Positions 21,634-31,553 of a DNA stretch of 64,000 nucleotides are shown one piece after another. This DNA is from a virus (Duplodnaviria; Heunggongvirae; Uroviricota; Caudoviricetes). The position numbers were made by a program, and so were the translations under genes. Below the pieces are notes generated by a model that worked only from the letters and a program-made list of their open reading frames with translations, was not told the origin of the DNA and did no database searches. The stretch's first letter is position 1; each line of letters begins with the position of its first letter. The stretch is from IMG/VR virus record IMGVR_UViG_3300021399_000097; one strand, written 5' to 3'.

Positions 21634-23530
21634 TAGCCTCCTCGCTATGCTTTAACAAATATGCTCTACGTGGCGGGACACTTGGTCCCATCAAACATTC
21701 AATTAAATCTTCTGTTGCTGCTTTATCTTCAATAACCAATTGTTCTACATTACGAGTCTCTGGATTCAATAATGCTTCATGCAATTCATCTGCATCTTGT
21801 TCACCAAGACCTTTATTTCTATTTATTAAAAACTTTTCTCCAGCATGTTTCGTTTTATATTCATCTAATGCTATTTGGTCTTTTAAATATATATATTCAT
21901 TCTTTTTAGTAGTTATTCTAAAAAGTGGTGGAATTGTTGTATAAATATGTCCATTCAAAATAAGTTCTGGACATAACCACCAAAACATTTCAATTAACAA
22001 GTTACGAATTGAAGCTCCATCAGGGTCAGCATCGGCCGCAAGTAAAATCTTTCCATACCTTAATTTTTTAGCATCATAAATTAATTTATGAGTCTTAACA
22101 TCTAAATCAAGACCAATAGCTTTAATGATATTTGTTACTTCTGCATTAGCAAATATCTTTTCGCTACTATTTTTATATGCGGCAATAATTTTCCCGCGAA
22201 TTGGGAATACTGCTACATATTCTGCATCTCTTGCTTCAACAAGTCCATTTGCTGCACTATCACCCTCAGCAATAAACAATTCACATTTACTGCGGTCTTT
22301 CCCCCAACAGTCAACTAATTTTGTTGGAAGATTTAACATTTTTGCTTTTGGTGTTTTTGGTCCTTTATCACGAACTGCTTCTCTTGCCTTCTGCGCTGCC
22401 AACCGAGCCTTTCGTGCATTAATTGCTTTATCAGCAATCATTTTAACTTCTTTTTCATTTGCCGCAAACCAAATCCGCAAATCTTCTGCAATAGCTTGAG
22501 TGAAAGGACTCATTTCAATTTTGGTAACTCTTGTTTTCACTTGAGCATCATAAGCTACATTTGGTGCAGTTATATTAAATACAATGTATAATCCTTCTTG
22601 GACATCATCACCAGAAAGATTTTCATCTTTATCTTTAAGCCATTTTTTATCTCTAAAAAACTTATTAAACTCACGAGTTAACAATGCTTTAACTTGTGAA
22701 ATATGCGGCCCATTTGCTGTCAAACCAGTGTTTACATAAGGAACTAATGTTGAAGAATAATTTGATGTATATGTCATAACCATATCAAGTTTATTCTTAT
22801 CATTTTGATAATTCATTACGAAACGATTTTTAATCAATTCCTTATTTTCAACTGCTTCATCAACTAAGTCATTAATGCCATTCTTTGAAAAATAAGTAGT
22901 TTTAGTCCCATTATCATTTAGCTCAATGGTAAGACCAGGACAGAGCGCAGCGATTGTTTTAAAGAGAGTTTTCAATTCATTTACATTTACTTCTGGATGT
23001 GTAAAGAATTCTTCACTTGGCTCCCACTCAACACTAGTGCCAGGAGAAAAATCTTTTACTTGGAAAGAATCCCTCTTATCAAAAATACCTTCTGTAAAAT
23101 GAATATGTTCTACTTGTCCATCTCTATAAGTATATACATCAAGCCAATGTGAAAGATAAGTTGTAATTTTTGAACCAATACCAAAAGAGCCCAATGAGGT
23201 TCCTTCATATGTGCCATCTTCACGATATTTACCAGAAGTATTTAATACGCTAAATGCTGCTTCAAGAATTGTTTTTCCATCATCACGAAAACTATTTGGA
23301 ATAAAACCTTGTCCATAATCTCGGACTCTTACTTTTGGGCCATTAATACTTACTTCAATTTTATCTCCATGGCCGAGTCTAAATTCATCAACTGCATTAG
23401 AAAAGATTTCCACTGCTAATTGAGTTGCGTAAGTTGTATCACCTGCATAGACTCCTGGGCGCAATCTAGTAAACTCTAATGGAGATAAACTTTCAATTGA
23501 TTCTTCATTATATAATGTTTTATCTATCAT
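21620..23530 (-). CDS. type II DNA topoisomerase, B (GyrB/ParE-like ATPase + TOPRIM) subunit
   Basis: EGDSA TOPRIM motif, DADPDG, and a GHKL-like N-terminus. Confidence 0.85.
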   Translation of the reverse strand: MIDKTLYNEESIESLSPLEFTRLRPGVYAGDTTYATQLAVEIFSNAVDEFRLGHGDKIEVSINGPKVRVRDYGQGFIPNSFRDDGKTILEAAFSVLNTSGKYREDGTYEGTSLGSFGIGSKITTYLSHWLDVYTYRDGQVEHIHFTEGIFDKRDSFQVKDFSPGTSVEWEPSEEFFTHPEVNVNELKTLFKTIAALCPGLTIELNDNGTKTTYFSKNGINDLVDEAVENKELIKNRFVMNYQNDKNKLDMVMTYTSNYSSTLVPYVNTGLTANGPHISQVKALLTREFNKFFRDKKWLKDKDENLSGDDVQEGLYIVFNITAPNVAYDAQVKTRVTKIEMSPFTQAIAEDLRIWFAANEKEVKMIADKAINARKARLAAQKAREAVRDKGPKTPKAKMLNLPTKLVDCWGKDRSKCELFIAEGDSAANGLVEARDAEYVAVFPIRGKIIAAYKNSSEKIFANAEVTNIIKAIGLDLDVKTHKLIYDAKKLRYGKILLAADADPDGASIRNLLIEMFWWLCPELILNGHIYTTIPPLFRITTKKNEYIYLKDQIALDEYKTKHAGEKFLINRNKGLGEQDADELHEALLNPETRNVEQLVIEDKAATEDLIECLMGPSVPPRRAYLLKHSEEANDND

Positions 23531-23564
23531 AAATCAAATCTCCTAGATTTTTTCTTTACATTAT

Positions 23565-23593
23565 ATTATACCATATTTTTTTAAAAAAATCAA
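23565..23593 (-). promoter_or_regulatory. sigma70-type promoter P8 (TTGATT, 17 nt, TGgTATAAT) for the topoisomerase operon
   Basis: Minus-strand motif family. Confidence 0.55.
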
Positions 23594-23916
23594 CCGTCTT
23601 CTTCTGTCTTGTTTTCTGCAGCCTCATTTTCCTCATATACACAAAGTTTTTCTAAGATTTCTTCTACTGCATTTCTAGTTAGTTGATGAGCATACTCTGG
23701 TTTATGATGAGATAAATTACCAACATAACGTGCAATACCTTGGTCATCTCTTTCAGTTAATCTTCCATTTGTAGAGCTATTATCAGTAAGAGTAGGTGTC
23801 CCGCAATAAGGGCACCAAGTTACAAAACGTTCAAAAGCTGAAATATACAATCTACCGCAGACAGGGCATTTACCATAAAAATAATTAGCCACTAATTCAT
23901 TCAGCATATCTATCAA
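23590..23916 (-). CDS. zinc-ribbon protein
   Basis: CPVCG...CPYCG. Confidence 0.4.
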   Translation of the reverse strand: MIDMLNELVANYFYGKCPVCGRLYISAFERFVTWCPYCGTPTLTDNSSTNGRLTERDDQGIARYVGNLSHHKPEYAHQLTRNAVEEILEKLCVYEENEAAENKTEEDG

Positions 23917-24122
23917 CCTTTCTTTAATTTATTAAATGTAGTATAATAAACATTCCCATTCCACTGGACTTTAGCAAAAGTTCCATAGAAATTATTATAA
24001 GTTCCAGTTACAAGTACTTCTGTCTCTGGTGGAATACAAGGATATCCTAATGCTAATTGAGTTTTCCAATCTTCATCTAAAATCTCACATTTTGTTATCA
24101 TTTTATACGGTTTAAAAGCCAT
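23913..24122 (-). CDS. hypothetical protein
   Basis: Intact ORF with ATGA overlaps at both ends. Confidence 0.4.
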   Translation of the reverse strand: MAFKPYKMITKCEILDEDWKTQLALGYPCIPPETEVLVTGTYNNFYGTFAKVQWNGNVYYTTFNKLKKG

Positions 24123-24124
24123 CG

Positions 24125-24589
24125 TTAATATTCCTCCTATGTTAATTTAATTTTTCCAGTTGCTAAATTATCAGCATACTCATTCCATTTATGACCAGCA
24201 TGACCCTTAATTTTACGAATATCAGCAATATGTGCTAATTTATATATTTGTTTTATAATTTCAAGGTTTTTAATTTCTTGATTATTTGGTCGCATCCAAT
24301 TATTGTGTTCCCAACTATACATCCAATCATTGACTATATTAACACAATAAGCACTATCACTATAAATGATTGGAATAAAAAAATCTTCTTCGTTATTATT
24401 TTGTATATGAATTAAGGCTTTTAATATAGCCATTAGTTCCATTTCATTATTTGTAGTTGGTTTTTTGAAATCTTGGTATGCCCAAATTATATTATCATTT
24501 TCATCTACTTCAACAATACCATATCCACCAGATGAATGTTCATACCCATTGCCAGAACAAGCCCCATCTGTGTAATAAGTCTTTCCCAT
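24125..24589 (-). CDS. rnhA: ribonuclease H (RNase HI)
   Basis: TDGAC, ELMAIL, YSDSAY and KGHAGHKWNEYAD. The track ORF ends at a TAG lying inside the next gene's SD; the true stop is a TAA 3 codons later. Confidence 0.8.
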
Positions 24590-24681
24590 AAAACGTTTCT
24601 CCTTGACAAATAAAAAAAATTAGGTTATAATAATAACAGAAGAAAGAAAGAAAGCCATTCAGTTATTTCATTCACAAATAC

Positions 24682-24710
24682 ATTATAACATAAAATAAAT
24701 AAAAAATCAA
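24682..24710 (-). promoter_or_regulatory. sigma70-type promoter P9 (TTGATT, 17 nt, TGtTATAAT) for RNase H
   Basis: Minus-strand motif family. Confidence 0.55.
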
Positions 24711-24722
24711 TATAATAAAAAT

Positions 24723-24770
24723 AATCCCAAGAATAATAAAAAAAATTATTATATCTTGGGATTTTATTAT
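24723..24770 (-). terminator. hairpin terminator after the holin
   Basis: CCCAAGA..TCTTGGG stem with an A/T-rich loop, then a T-rich tract. Confidence 0.45.
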
Positions 24771-24773
24771 ATA

Positions 24774-25085
24774 TTAACCAATAGCGATAGAATCATCTTT
24801 TGGGTCATAATCTAACATTTGCTTATCATACATAGCGCATTCATAGACAATACCATCTTTAGAGTTTTCTGCCTATGACTTTTTATAATAAGCATGTTGA
24901 CTAACTCCATAAGCGGTCCATGGTAATGCTGTCATAGCAGTTAACCAAGGTAATTCTGCAAAAAATCCTTTAAATACACAGATATAAGCTAATACCAATA
25001 AGGCAATCGTATGTATCCAAATTAAGATAGATTCTTGAATTAATAGAGTTTTTGAAAACTCTATTTTCTTTTTTTCAGTTTCCAT
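24774..25085 (-). CDS. putative holin (2 TM; 1 TAG)
   Basis: Two hydrophobic helices and a charged C-terminus. TAATG overlap with the endolysin stop. Followed by a hairpin terminator. Confidence 0.5.
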
Positions 25086-26476
25086 TATATTTTTTCAACA
25101 AACTCTAAGTTAATCCAACCAGCGCCAGATTTTAATTTACCCCAGCCGTCTTGGACTTCAACAATAGTGTAAGTATCATTCTATCTTAATCTGCCTACAA
25201 CTGGTGCATTCCCATTAGGAGCATTGCGCACATTTAATAAAATAGGCAATACTTTTACTTTATAATTCATAGCACTTACATCAGCAGTTTGTTCAGCATA
25301 GCGACCATTCCCTAAAACAACAACAACGTGTTGATTACGATTATTTAAAATATCACCACGTTTTAAGTAATCCTTCTGTCTAGTATATTTTGCATCTACA
25401 TAATTGATAAACTTACCAGTCTTTAAGCAAGCTTCTTCCATATTAAATGTAGTTCTCATATTCCCACCAGCAAAGAAGATGTTTTCAGGCAATCCAGCGC
25501 AAATACAACAAATACTAACTAATGAGCTACAATCACATTCGCATGGTGTAGTGATTTTAGATAAATCCATTCCAACTTTTTTAGCTTCTGTGTATAAAGT
25601 ATTTCTTTGATTTTGGTCATATCCAATGTAATTATTTTCGCAGGCTGCTTCCATTGCTTGAGCGATTTTTTCTGCTAACTGATTATCTACAGGACGCAAT
25701 ACATTCGTCCAACTCTAATCATACCAAGTATTTAAAATATATACTTCACTACCAGATTGGTCTCCCGCAAGACCATTACGATACCCGCAGTTTTCATCTT
25801 TAGCAGCCATACCAAGAGCCACATCATTGTAAGATCTTGCCGGCCGCACAATAGGTTTAAACTCACCAGATTTCTTCTCTTGGAGTATCCCCTCTGGATA
25901 AACAATCTTACCAGAATTATTATAAACATAATATCCATCTGGTAATTTATTATATGCTTCAATAGCTTTATCTAAATCATTATATGCGCCAATTTGTGTT
26001 TTTGGTTCATACCAATTCTTGCGAATACGATAGATTTGAATAGATTTTTTAGAGACAACTTCATCTAATTTAGCGAGTGTTTTTTCTCCAACTAAACCAT
26101 CAACTGTTAAGCGATTTTCTTTCTAAAATTTAATAACAGCGTCTAAAGTATTTCCACCAAAATCTCCATCAGCCCCATCAATACCAACAGAGTAGCCAGC
26201 TTTAATTAACTTCTGTTGTAATTGTTGAACTGCATAACCAGTATCTCCACGACTTAAATAATTCTTTTCCTAAGCCATAGGCGCAATAGGAATAGACTGC
26301 TATATTTCTTCTTCTGTTGGTGCTGGGATATCAGGTTTTATATTTTCAACGATAAAATCTGGATTAAGTTCGGGTTCAAAATTTTGTTCTTGTTCTTGAA
26401 AATCAATTGGTGTATTAAAAACTACTTTTCCCTGTGATTGAGGGGCAGCCTTTAACGTATATTTGTTTTTTGCCAT
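25085..26476 (-). CDS. endolysin: PG_binding_1 + NlpC/P60-like peptidase + SH3b (5 TAG)
   Basis: PG-binding repeat LSRGDTGYAVQQLQQKL...AVIKF[TAG]KENRLTVDGLVG, CDCSSLV, and an HVVVVLG Cys/His region. C-terminal SH3b segment VLPILLNVRNAPNGNAPVVGRL...GW. Track ORFs 25181..25699 and 25732..25962 are fragments. Confidence 0.7.
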
Positions 26477-26492
26477 TTAGACTCCTCCTTCT

Positions 26493-26534
26493 ATAAAAAA
26501 AGGACTGAATAAATCAGTCCTTTTACATTTTTTC
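26493..26534. terminator. bidirectional terminator (AGGACTGA..TCAGTCCT) between PhoH2 and the endolysin
   Basis: 8-bp stem flanked by an A-run and a T-run. Confidence 0.55.
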
Positions 26535-27776
26535 TGCAATTTTTCCAATAGTTGAACGATGTATTTCTTTCAGTTCAATTTCTCCATAAATAGTAGAACC
26601 CCTAAATACTTTTGAAGCACGCCGCATACCATTATTAGCACCAGCGAAACTAATATCATCTACCTATGTTTTTTCATCACCATCAATAATACAAATACTA
26701 TCTTCTCCAATACGCTATAATCCTAATTTCATTAAAGAAATATCAAGATTCTATGCTTCTGAAAAATAAATACCTGCGCGCAAGCCCGTTGTATCATAAC
26801 CACGAATATCACTCATTGGTAATAAAATCAATTTTTCTTCATCAAGTAATCTTTCAACTTCTACACGACTACCTAGTTTACTAATTAAAACATTACCAAT
26901 CTATGAGTCTAGCAATTTTTCTTCTCTGCTTCCTGGTAAATAACCAAGTCTTGCCGCATTCTTTGCAGCAACAGTATTACAGAAAATAATTATTTTATCT
27001 ATTTTATGTCTTTCTAACTACTGGAATAAAAATCCAAATGCGAGCAATGTTTTACCAGAGCCTGCAGGACCTTTTATCATAGTTAATTGGTTATGAGTTA
27101 AACTATCTGCGACAAACTACTACTAAACATCTATTGGTTTAATAACGCCAAAATGTTTAGAATCAAAACTTTCAAAACTAATAGGACGATATTCTGTGCC
27201 AGTATAGCATAATCTATCTACTATTTCATTTTGCTAACTTCTAATTACTAAATACTAATTAGGCAATAAATCATAAGTATTCTATTGCCAATTCTAATAA
27301 AACTATTCCATTTCAGATTCATTAAGTGTTAAATCTAAATATCCCTAATAATGGTCTATTTCTTCTTCGCCAACACTTTCTATAGAATCTTCACCAAAAA
27401 ATAAATTAGCAATTTCAAACAAACTATTATCGTCAGTAACAAATATTGTTTCATCTGGATGAACAGTATTATCATAATTAATTGCAGTCGCCAAGATTTT
27501 TGTATCATTGGTTATAGTTAAATGTTTATCAATAATAGGTTGTAGCATATCTTCTGTAAAGATATGGACATCATATTCTCCTCTATGCTCTTTTAATGTA
27601 TGAAGCAATTTGCGGGCTGCATACTTTTGTTCAGCATCTTTATATGGAGAAGTTTTTATATCTTCTAATTCATTTAATGTAATTGATGAAATAGCAAAGG
27701 GTTCGTTATTATCAAATAAGGTACCTGCTTTTAATAATAAAGAACAAGTATCATAAAACTTATAGTCAATCACCAT
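26523..27776 (-). CDS. PhoH2-like protein (PIN domain + PhoH ATPase; 14 TAG)
   Basis: MVIDYKFYDTCSLLL PIN-like N-terminus, Walker A GPAGSGKTL, and LLPMSDIRG. ORF 27345..27869 is the N-terminal fragment. Confidence 0.7.
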
Positions 27777-28035
27777 AATCGTCGTCTTCCTCTTCTTCAT
27801 AGATTTCTTCTTCATCATCTGGTAAAGCAAAGCCAATAACTTTAGTTTGCGGTAATTCTTCTTCTTCACCGCTTAAATCAGTAACTTCTTTTTGGATTTT
27901 TGTTATATGCACTAGTTGTTTGCCTTTAATTATTTCAAACTATTGCAATATAATATTTACCAATCCTTCAGCTATTGGAACAGCGACTACGTAGATAAAT
28001 ATTCCTAATAATACATATATAAGAATAATAACCAC
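27766..28035 (-). CDS. small membrane protein with acidic tail (1 TAG)
   Basis: TM segment VVIILIYVLLGIFIYVVAV and C-terminal EEEEDDDYGD. GTG start. Confidence 0.3.
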
Positions 28036-28074
28036 TTCCTCTCTATATGTATAATAGAAAAATAAGTAATAATT

Positions 28075-28521
28075 TTATTTGTTTTTGGCCTCTGCTCTTC
28101 TTTCTCTATAAATAGCATCTTTTCCATCAATATATGCTTTAAGATTTAATTGAAGTTCAGCAATAAGGTCATTTGTATCTTCAATTTCTTTTTTATACCT
28201 ATTGATTTCTTTTATAAGGCGTTTAGTTTCATATGATTTAGGATTAAAATGTTTACTTTTAGTCATAGTACCAAGGACGTGATTAAGTGCCATAAGACCT
28301 GGACGTAATTCATAATCTCTAATTTTGCGGCATATATCAATTTCAGCACGATATTCAGCGATAATAGCACCAGTTAATTCAGTTTTAAAGTCTTGGTCAT
28401 TAGGATGACAAATAGCAACTCCATTACCTAAAAAATCAACATCATTACTGCTGCGATATCTTAATGTACAAGTGCTTACTCCTGAATCTTTATCCCATTC
28501 TGTAATAAGATCTTTACACAT
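28075..28521 (-). CDS. hypothetical protein
   Basis: Intact ORF, downstream of promoter P10. Confidence 0.45.
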   Translation of the reverse strand: MCKDLITEWDKDSGVSTCTLRYRSSNDVDFLGNGVAICHPNDQDFKTELTGAIIAEYRAEIDICRKIRDYELRPGLMALNHVLGTMTKSKHFNPKSYETKRLIKEINRYKKEIEDTNDLIAELQLNLKAYIDGKDAIYRERRAEAKNK

Positions 28522-28552
28522 AGTTTTCTCCTTATAAATATTTTATATAATA

Positions 28553-28581
28553 ATTATACCATAAAAATATAAAAAAATCAA
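28553..28581 (-). promoter_or_regulatory. sigma70-type promoter P10 (TTGATT, 17 nt, TGgTATAAT)
   Basis: Minus-strand motif family. Confidence 0.55.
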
Positions 28582-28671
28582 CTTGACCCTTTTTGCTAAT
28601 TTTTTTCCTAACGCGATTTTTTTGGCAGCAACGGCCGTAAAGGGCGTCCACTTTTGTCCTCAAAAAATGAC

Positions 28672-28709
28672 AATAAAGGGATGCGCGCAAGCACATCCCT
28701 ATTAAAGCC
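28672..28709 (-). terminator. rho-independent terminator (GGGATGTGC..GCGCATCCC + T-run)
   Basis: GC-rich hairpin in an otherwise AT-rich genome, followed by TTTATTGTCATTTTTT. Confidence 0.6.
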
Positions 28710-28711
28710 GC

Positions 28712-28801
28712 GGAGGTCTGTTATCCCAACAGTAGACTAATGCAATGAAAATTGAATAGCAAATAATCCCCGCAATCACCACATCGCCCATATTTAATAT
28801 C
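28712..28801 (-). CDS. tiny hydrophobic peptide (29 aa)
   Basis: MGDVVIAGIICYSIFIALVYCW. AAGGA SD. Followed at once by a strong terminator. Confidence 0.25.
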
Positions 28802-28814
28802 CTTTCACATTACT

Positions 28815-29018
28815 ATTAAATGCAAAAATCCTAATATACCATGGATTAAACCTACTGTAGCAGCAATGATTAATATCCAACCAACATGAGCCATAGTTTC
28901 ATATTTTTTTCCACGCTTTTTACTGAAGTAAGGCTATTCGTAAAATAATCCACCTACTACCATCATTACTACCCATAATAATGCATAGTATAAAGTCATA
29001 ATAGTCATAATAAAAATC
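28815..29018 (-). CDS. small membrane protein (67 aa, 1 TAG)
   Basis: Two hydrophobic segments. AAAGGAG SD. Confidence 0.3.
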
Positions 29019-29057
29019 ACTCCTTTCCAGTATATATTAGAGATTTTTTTAATATGA

Positions 29058-29615
29058 TTATTTTATTTTGTTAAATGGCTGAACAGGATGCTCATCTCTA
29101 TAAACTTTAATTTCTGCCATAATTTGCTCAATAGAAATAGGAAAGCAGTTATGCGCATCCATCGCTACATTATAGATAGAATCATCCCCATAAATACTTT
29201 CAGTTGAATGAGTATGCCCTGATAGATTCCAAGTTGGATGCTTATCTTTATAGTTTCCCATTTTCATTGGATAATGAGAAAGCCAAAAAGAGCATTTATT
29301 ATATTTAAACCGATAACCAAATTGAATATCTTCAAAGATATGTGCATCTTCATATAGACTTAATCTTTCATTGGTATCATGATTTCCATAAGCAAGATAT
29401 TTAATACCTTTAAGGTCGCCAAGAAGCTTAATACCAGTTGTATTATCTTTAAGCATACAATCACCAAGAATATAGACAATATCATTAGGTTTTACAAAAA
29501 GATTAAATCGTCTAACAATTTCATTATTCATTTCATCAATGGATGAAAATCCTCTTGCTTTCCATACAAACTCTTTGTCATGACAAAAATGAAAATCAGA
29601 GCAAAGCCAAATCAT
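29058..29615 (-). CDS. calcineurin-like metallophosphoesterase (Pnkp phosphatase-like)
   Basis: DFHF, GDCM, GNHD, GHTH. Confidence 0.7.
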   Translation of the reverse strand: MIWLCSDFHFCHDKEFVWKARGFSSIDEMNNEIVRRFNLFVKPNDIVYILGDCMLKDNTTGIKLLGDLKGIKYLAYGNHDTNERLSLYEDAHIFEDIQFGYRFKYNKCSFWLSHYPMKMGNYKDKHPTWNLSGHTHSTESIYGDDSIYNVAMDAHNCFPISIEQIMAEIKVYRDEHPVQPFNKIK

Positions 29616-30106
29616 GAATTATCAACCTCCAATATTGCGGTATATTTAAAATTATCTTCATTAGGGTGCTGTAAAGCATCATACATATCACATAGGTTAT
29701 GATAAGGAACTCGCGCCCGTCCTTCTCTTTCACTATTTCTCTGTTGGATAGTGGCAAAAGAAGCCTTTACATAAACTGGAATTACATCTATTTTAGTAAA
29801 GTCAATTCCATAATTTTTTAAGTTATATAATAATTTATTACGACTTTTTTCATTTAAATGAGTTGCATCAGCAATTACATCTGTATGAATATTATCTAAT
29901 AGATTAATGCTAATTTTTTCACAGAACTCTTTAAAAACCTGTCGCTCTTTACTAAAATATTCATCTCCGCTGTTTAAAAGTGCAAATCTAATTTCATCAC
30001 GAGAGACATATTTCCATAAATTATTTCTTATAAGATGATTTTTTGCGAAGTAACTTTTACCCGCGCCAGGACATCCTACCATAATCCAAAGAGTCTTTAC
30101 ACTCAT
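29612..30106 (-). CDS. polynucleotide kinase (P-loop, Pnkp kinase-like)
   Basis: MVGCPGAGKSYFAKN Walker A. Lies directly upstream of the phosphoesterase. Confidence 0.6.
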   Translation of the reverse strand: MSVKTLWIMVGCPGAGKSYFAKNHLIRNNLWKYVSRDEIRFALLNSGDEYFSKERQVFKEFCEKISINLLDNIHTDVIADATHLNEKSRNKLLYNLKNYGIDFTKIDVIPVYVKASFATIQQRNSEREGRARVPYHNLCDMYDALQHPNEDNFKYTAILEVDNS

Positions 30107-30317
30107 CTTTATACAACCCCTTTTCAAAATTTTCTTTAAACTCTAAAACTTCTTCACTAGTTCTACATTCAATATGATTAACAGTTTGTTTACACCAAGG
30201 ACAATAAAGAACTTTACGATGATGTTTGCTATGTTTATGACTTATTTGTCTTTGAATAGGAATAGCTTCACGCCCACAATTCATACAATAAAAATTATGT
30301 AATTCATAGTTTTTCAT
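30057..30317 (-). CDS. zinc-ribbon protein
   Basis: CMNCG...CPWCK. Confidence 0.4.
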   Translation of the reverse strand: MKNYELHNFYCMNCGREAIPIQRQISHKHSKHHRKVLYCPWCKQTVNHIECRTSEEVLEFKENFEKGLYKDECKDSLDYGRMSWRG

Positions 30318-30318
30318 A

Positions 30319-31071
30319 TTAATACCTCTTCATCAATATAATATCTTCAAAAGTATCAAGGTTCAAAAGGATTGCCACATTTTCCCAAACCGTGCCAATA
30401 TCAATACAGACTTTGTGCCTCTGCGCATACCAATAAGATGTACCAGGAGTCCATTTAGGTATTGTTACTTGAAATTTATCTTTATGCCATCTTGCTATAT
30501 TTTTTTGTTCTTCAATCATAAGGTCAATAGGAGTATGTCCATGAACTATTATTTGATTATCCTCTCCAGACCATTCATCAGGAAATCTCCAATGTTCTCT
30601 ATCCCATATTGCATGATATTCATCTAAAGTATCAATGTCTACACCATCACATCCTGCATGACAAAGGAATACTTGTTGATTATTTTTATTGATATAATTG
30701 GCGCAAAAAGGCAAATCTTTTATTTGTTTTAAAATCTTTGCTTTTCCAAAATTATCTTCATCCAAAAGAAAAGCATCATAAGTAGGGTCGCCGCCATTAT
30801 AATGCCAGAGGGTGGTGTCCGCATTCCATAAACTATCTTCTTCTTCTGGATTAAATTTCCCAATAGCTTCAATCATTAAATCTTCATGATTGCCCTTAAT
30901 ATAGATAACCCTAGGGTCTGCAAGGAGTTCTTTGATAAGTTTCCATCCATCTGGTCCTCTATCTGCGGCGTCCCCTAAAAAGTATAATTTATCATCTGGT
31001 TTAAGAATCTTTTTTACTTTTTCCCAAACCCAATAACATCCATGCCAATCACTAGCACAGTAAACACTCAT
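30319..31071 (-). CDS. Ser/Thr protein phosphatase (lambda-PPase-like metallophosphoesterase)
   Basis: DWHG, GDAADRGPDG, GNHE, GHT. Confidence 0.75.
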   Translation of the reverse strand: MSVYCASDWHGCYWVWEKVKKILKPDDKLYFLGDAADRGPDGWKLIKELLADPRVIYIKGNHEDLMIEAIGKFNPEEEDSLWNADTTLWHYNGGDPTYDAFLLDEDNFGKAKILKQIKDLPFCANYINKNNQQVFLCHAGCDGVDIDTLDEYHAIWDREHWRFPDEWSGEDNQIIVHGHTPIDLMIEEQKNIARWHKDKFQVTIPKWTPGTSYWYAQRHKVCIDIGTVWENVAILLNLDTFEDIILMKRY

Positions 31072-31085
31072 ATTTTATCACTTCC

Positions 31086-31250
31086 TTAAATAATCTCGTA
31101 AGTAACTGTCATAAACCATCCTCCTGGGAAATCAACAGGAGTCATTGATACTCCAATAATTTTTCGCTTAGGATAGTTTTGAGAATAGGCACGTAATATT
31201 TCATTAGCGTGCCCTTGATTTTGTACTGGAATAACTTGTATTTGAATCAT
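31086..31250 (-). CDS. small hypothetical protein (54 aa)
   Basis: ATGA overlap with the upstream gene. Too short to appear in the track. Confidence 0.3.
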   Translation of the reverse strand: MIQIQVIPVQNQGHANEILRAYSQNYPKRKIIGVSMTPVDFPGGWFMTVTYEII

Positions 31251-31462
31251 TTTGCATCTGTTTTATACATACGAGCCATGTATTTTTCTGAAGCAGCCTC
31301 TCCTCGCAAATCAACAGGCTCGCTAGAACAAAGCCCCCAAACAACTTTTCGTTTCTCTACATATTCTTTGTACTCTTGGATAGTATCAAAGGTTTTCATT
31401 CTAGTCCAACCATCTTCTGTCATACGATAACCATAATACATTTTTGATTTCATCCTTTTCAT
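31247..31462 (-). CDS. hypothetical protein
   Basis: First gene after promoter P11. Confidence 0.4.
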   Translation of the reverse strand: MKRMKSKMYYGYRMTEDGWTRMKTFDTIQEYKEYVEKRKVVWGLCSSEPVDLRGEAASEKYMARMYKTDAK

Positions 31463-31474
31463 TTTTCTATATAT

Positions 31475-31503
31475 ATTATATCATAATTTTATAAAAAAAT
31501 CAA
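31475..31503 (-). promoter_or_regulatory. sigma70-type promoter P11 (TTGATT, 17 nt, TGaTATAAT)
   Basis: Minus-strand motif family. Confidence 0.55.
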
Positions 31504-31518
31504 TAAACCGTTCTTTAT

Positions 31519-31552
31519 AAAAAAAAGACACAATAATTGTGTCTTTTTTTTT
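31519..31552. terminator. bidirectional terminator (AGACACAAT..ATTGTGTCT)
   Basis: Perfect 9-bp palindrome flanked by A8 and T10. Confidence 0.65.
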
Positions 31553-31553
31553 A

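Noticed and set aside
24640-24665. GAAA/AAAG microsatellite (gaagaaagaaagaaagcc) as a regulatory repeat
   Set aside because: Only about 4 units long. It lies in the RNase H 5'-UTR between the -10 box and the SD, and is most simply purine-rich leader sequence.
28600-28745. GC-rich patch as a possible tRNA (suppressor) gene
   Set aside because: No cloverleaf, acceptor stem or T-loop (GTTCRANYC) could be folded. The patch is explained by a GC-rich terminator hairpin plus a tiny peptide ORF. No tRNA-like sequence was recognised elsewhere in the window either.
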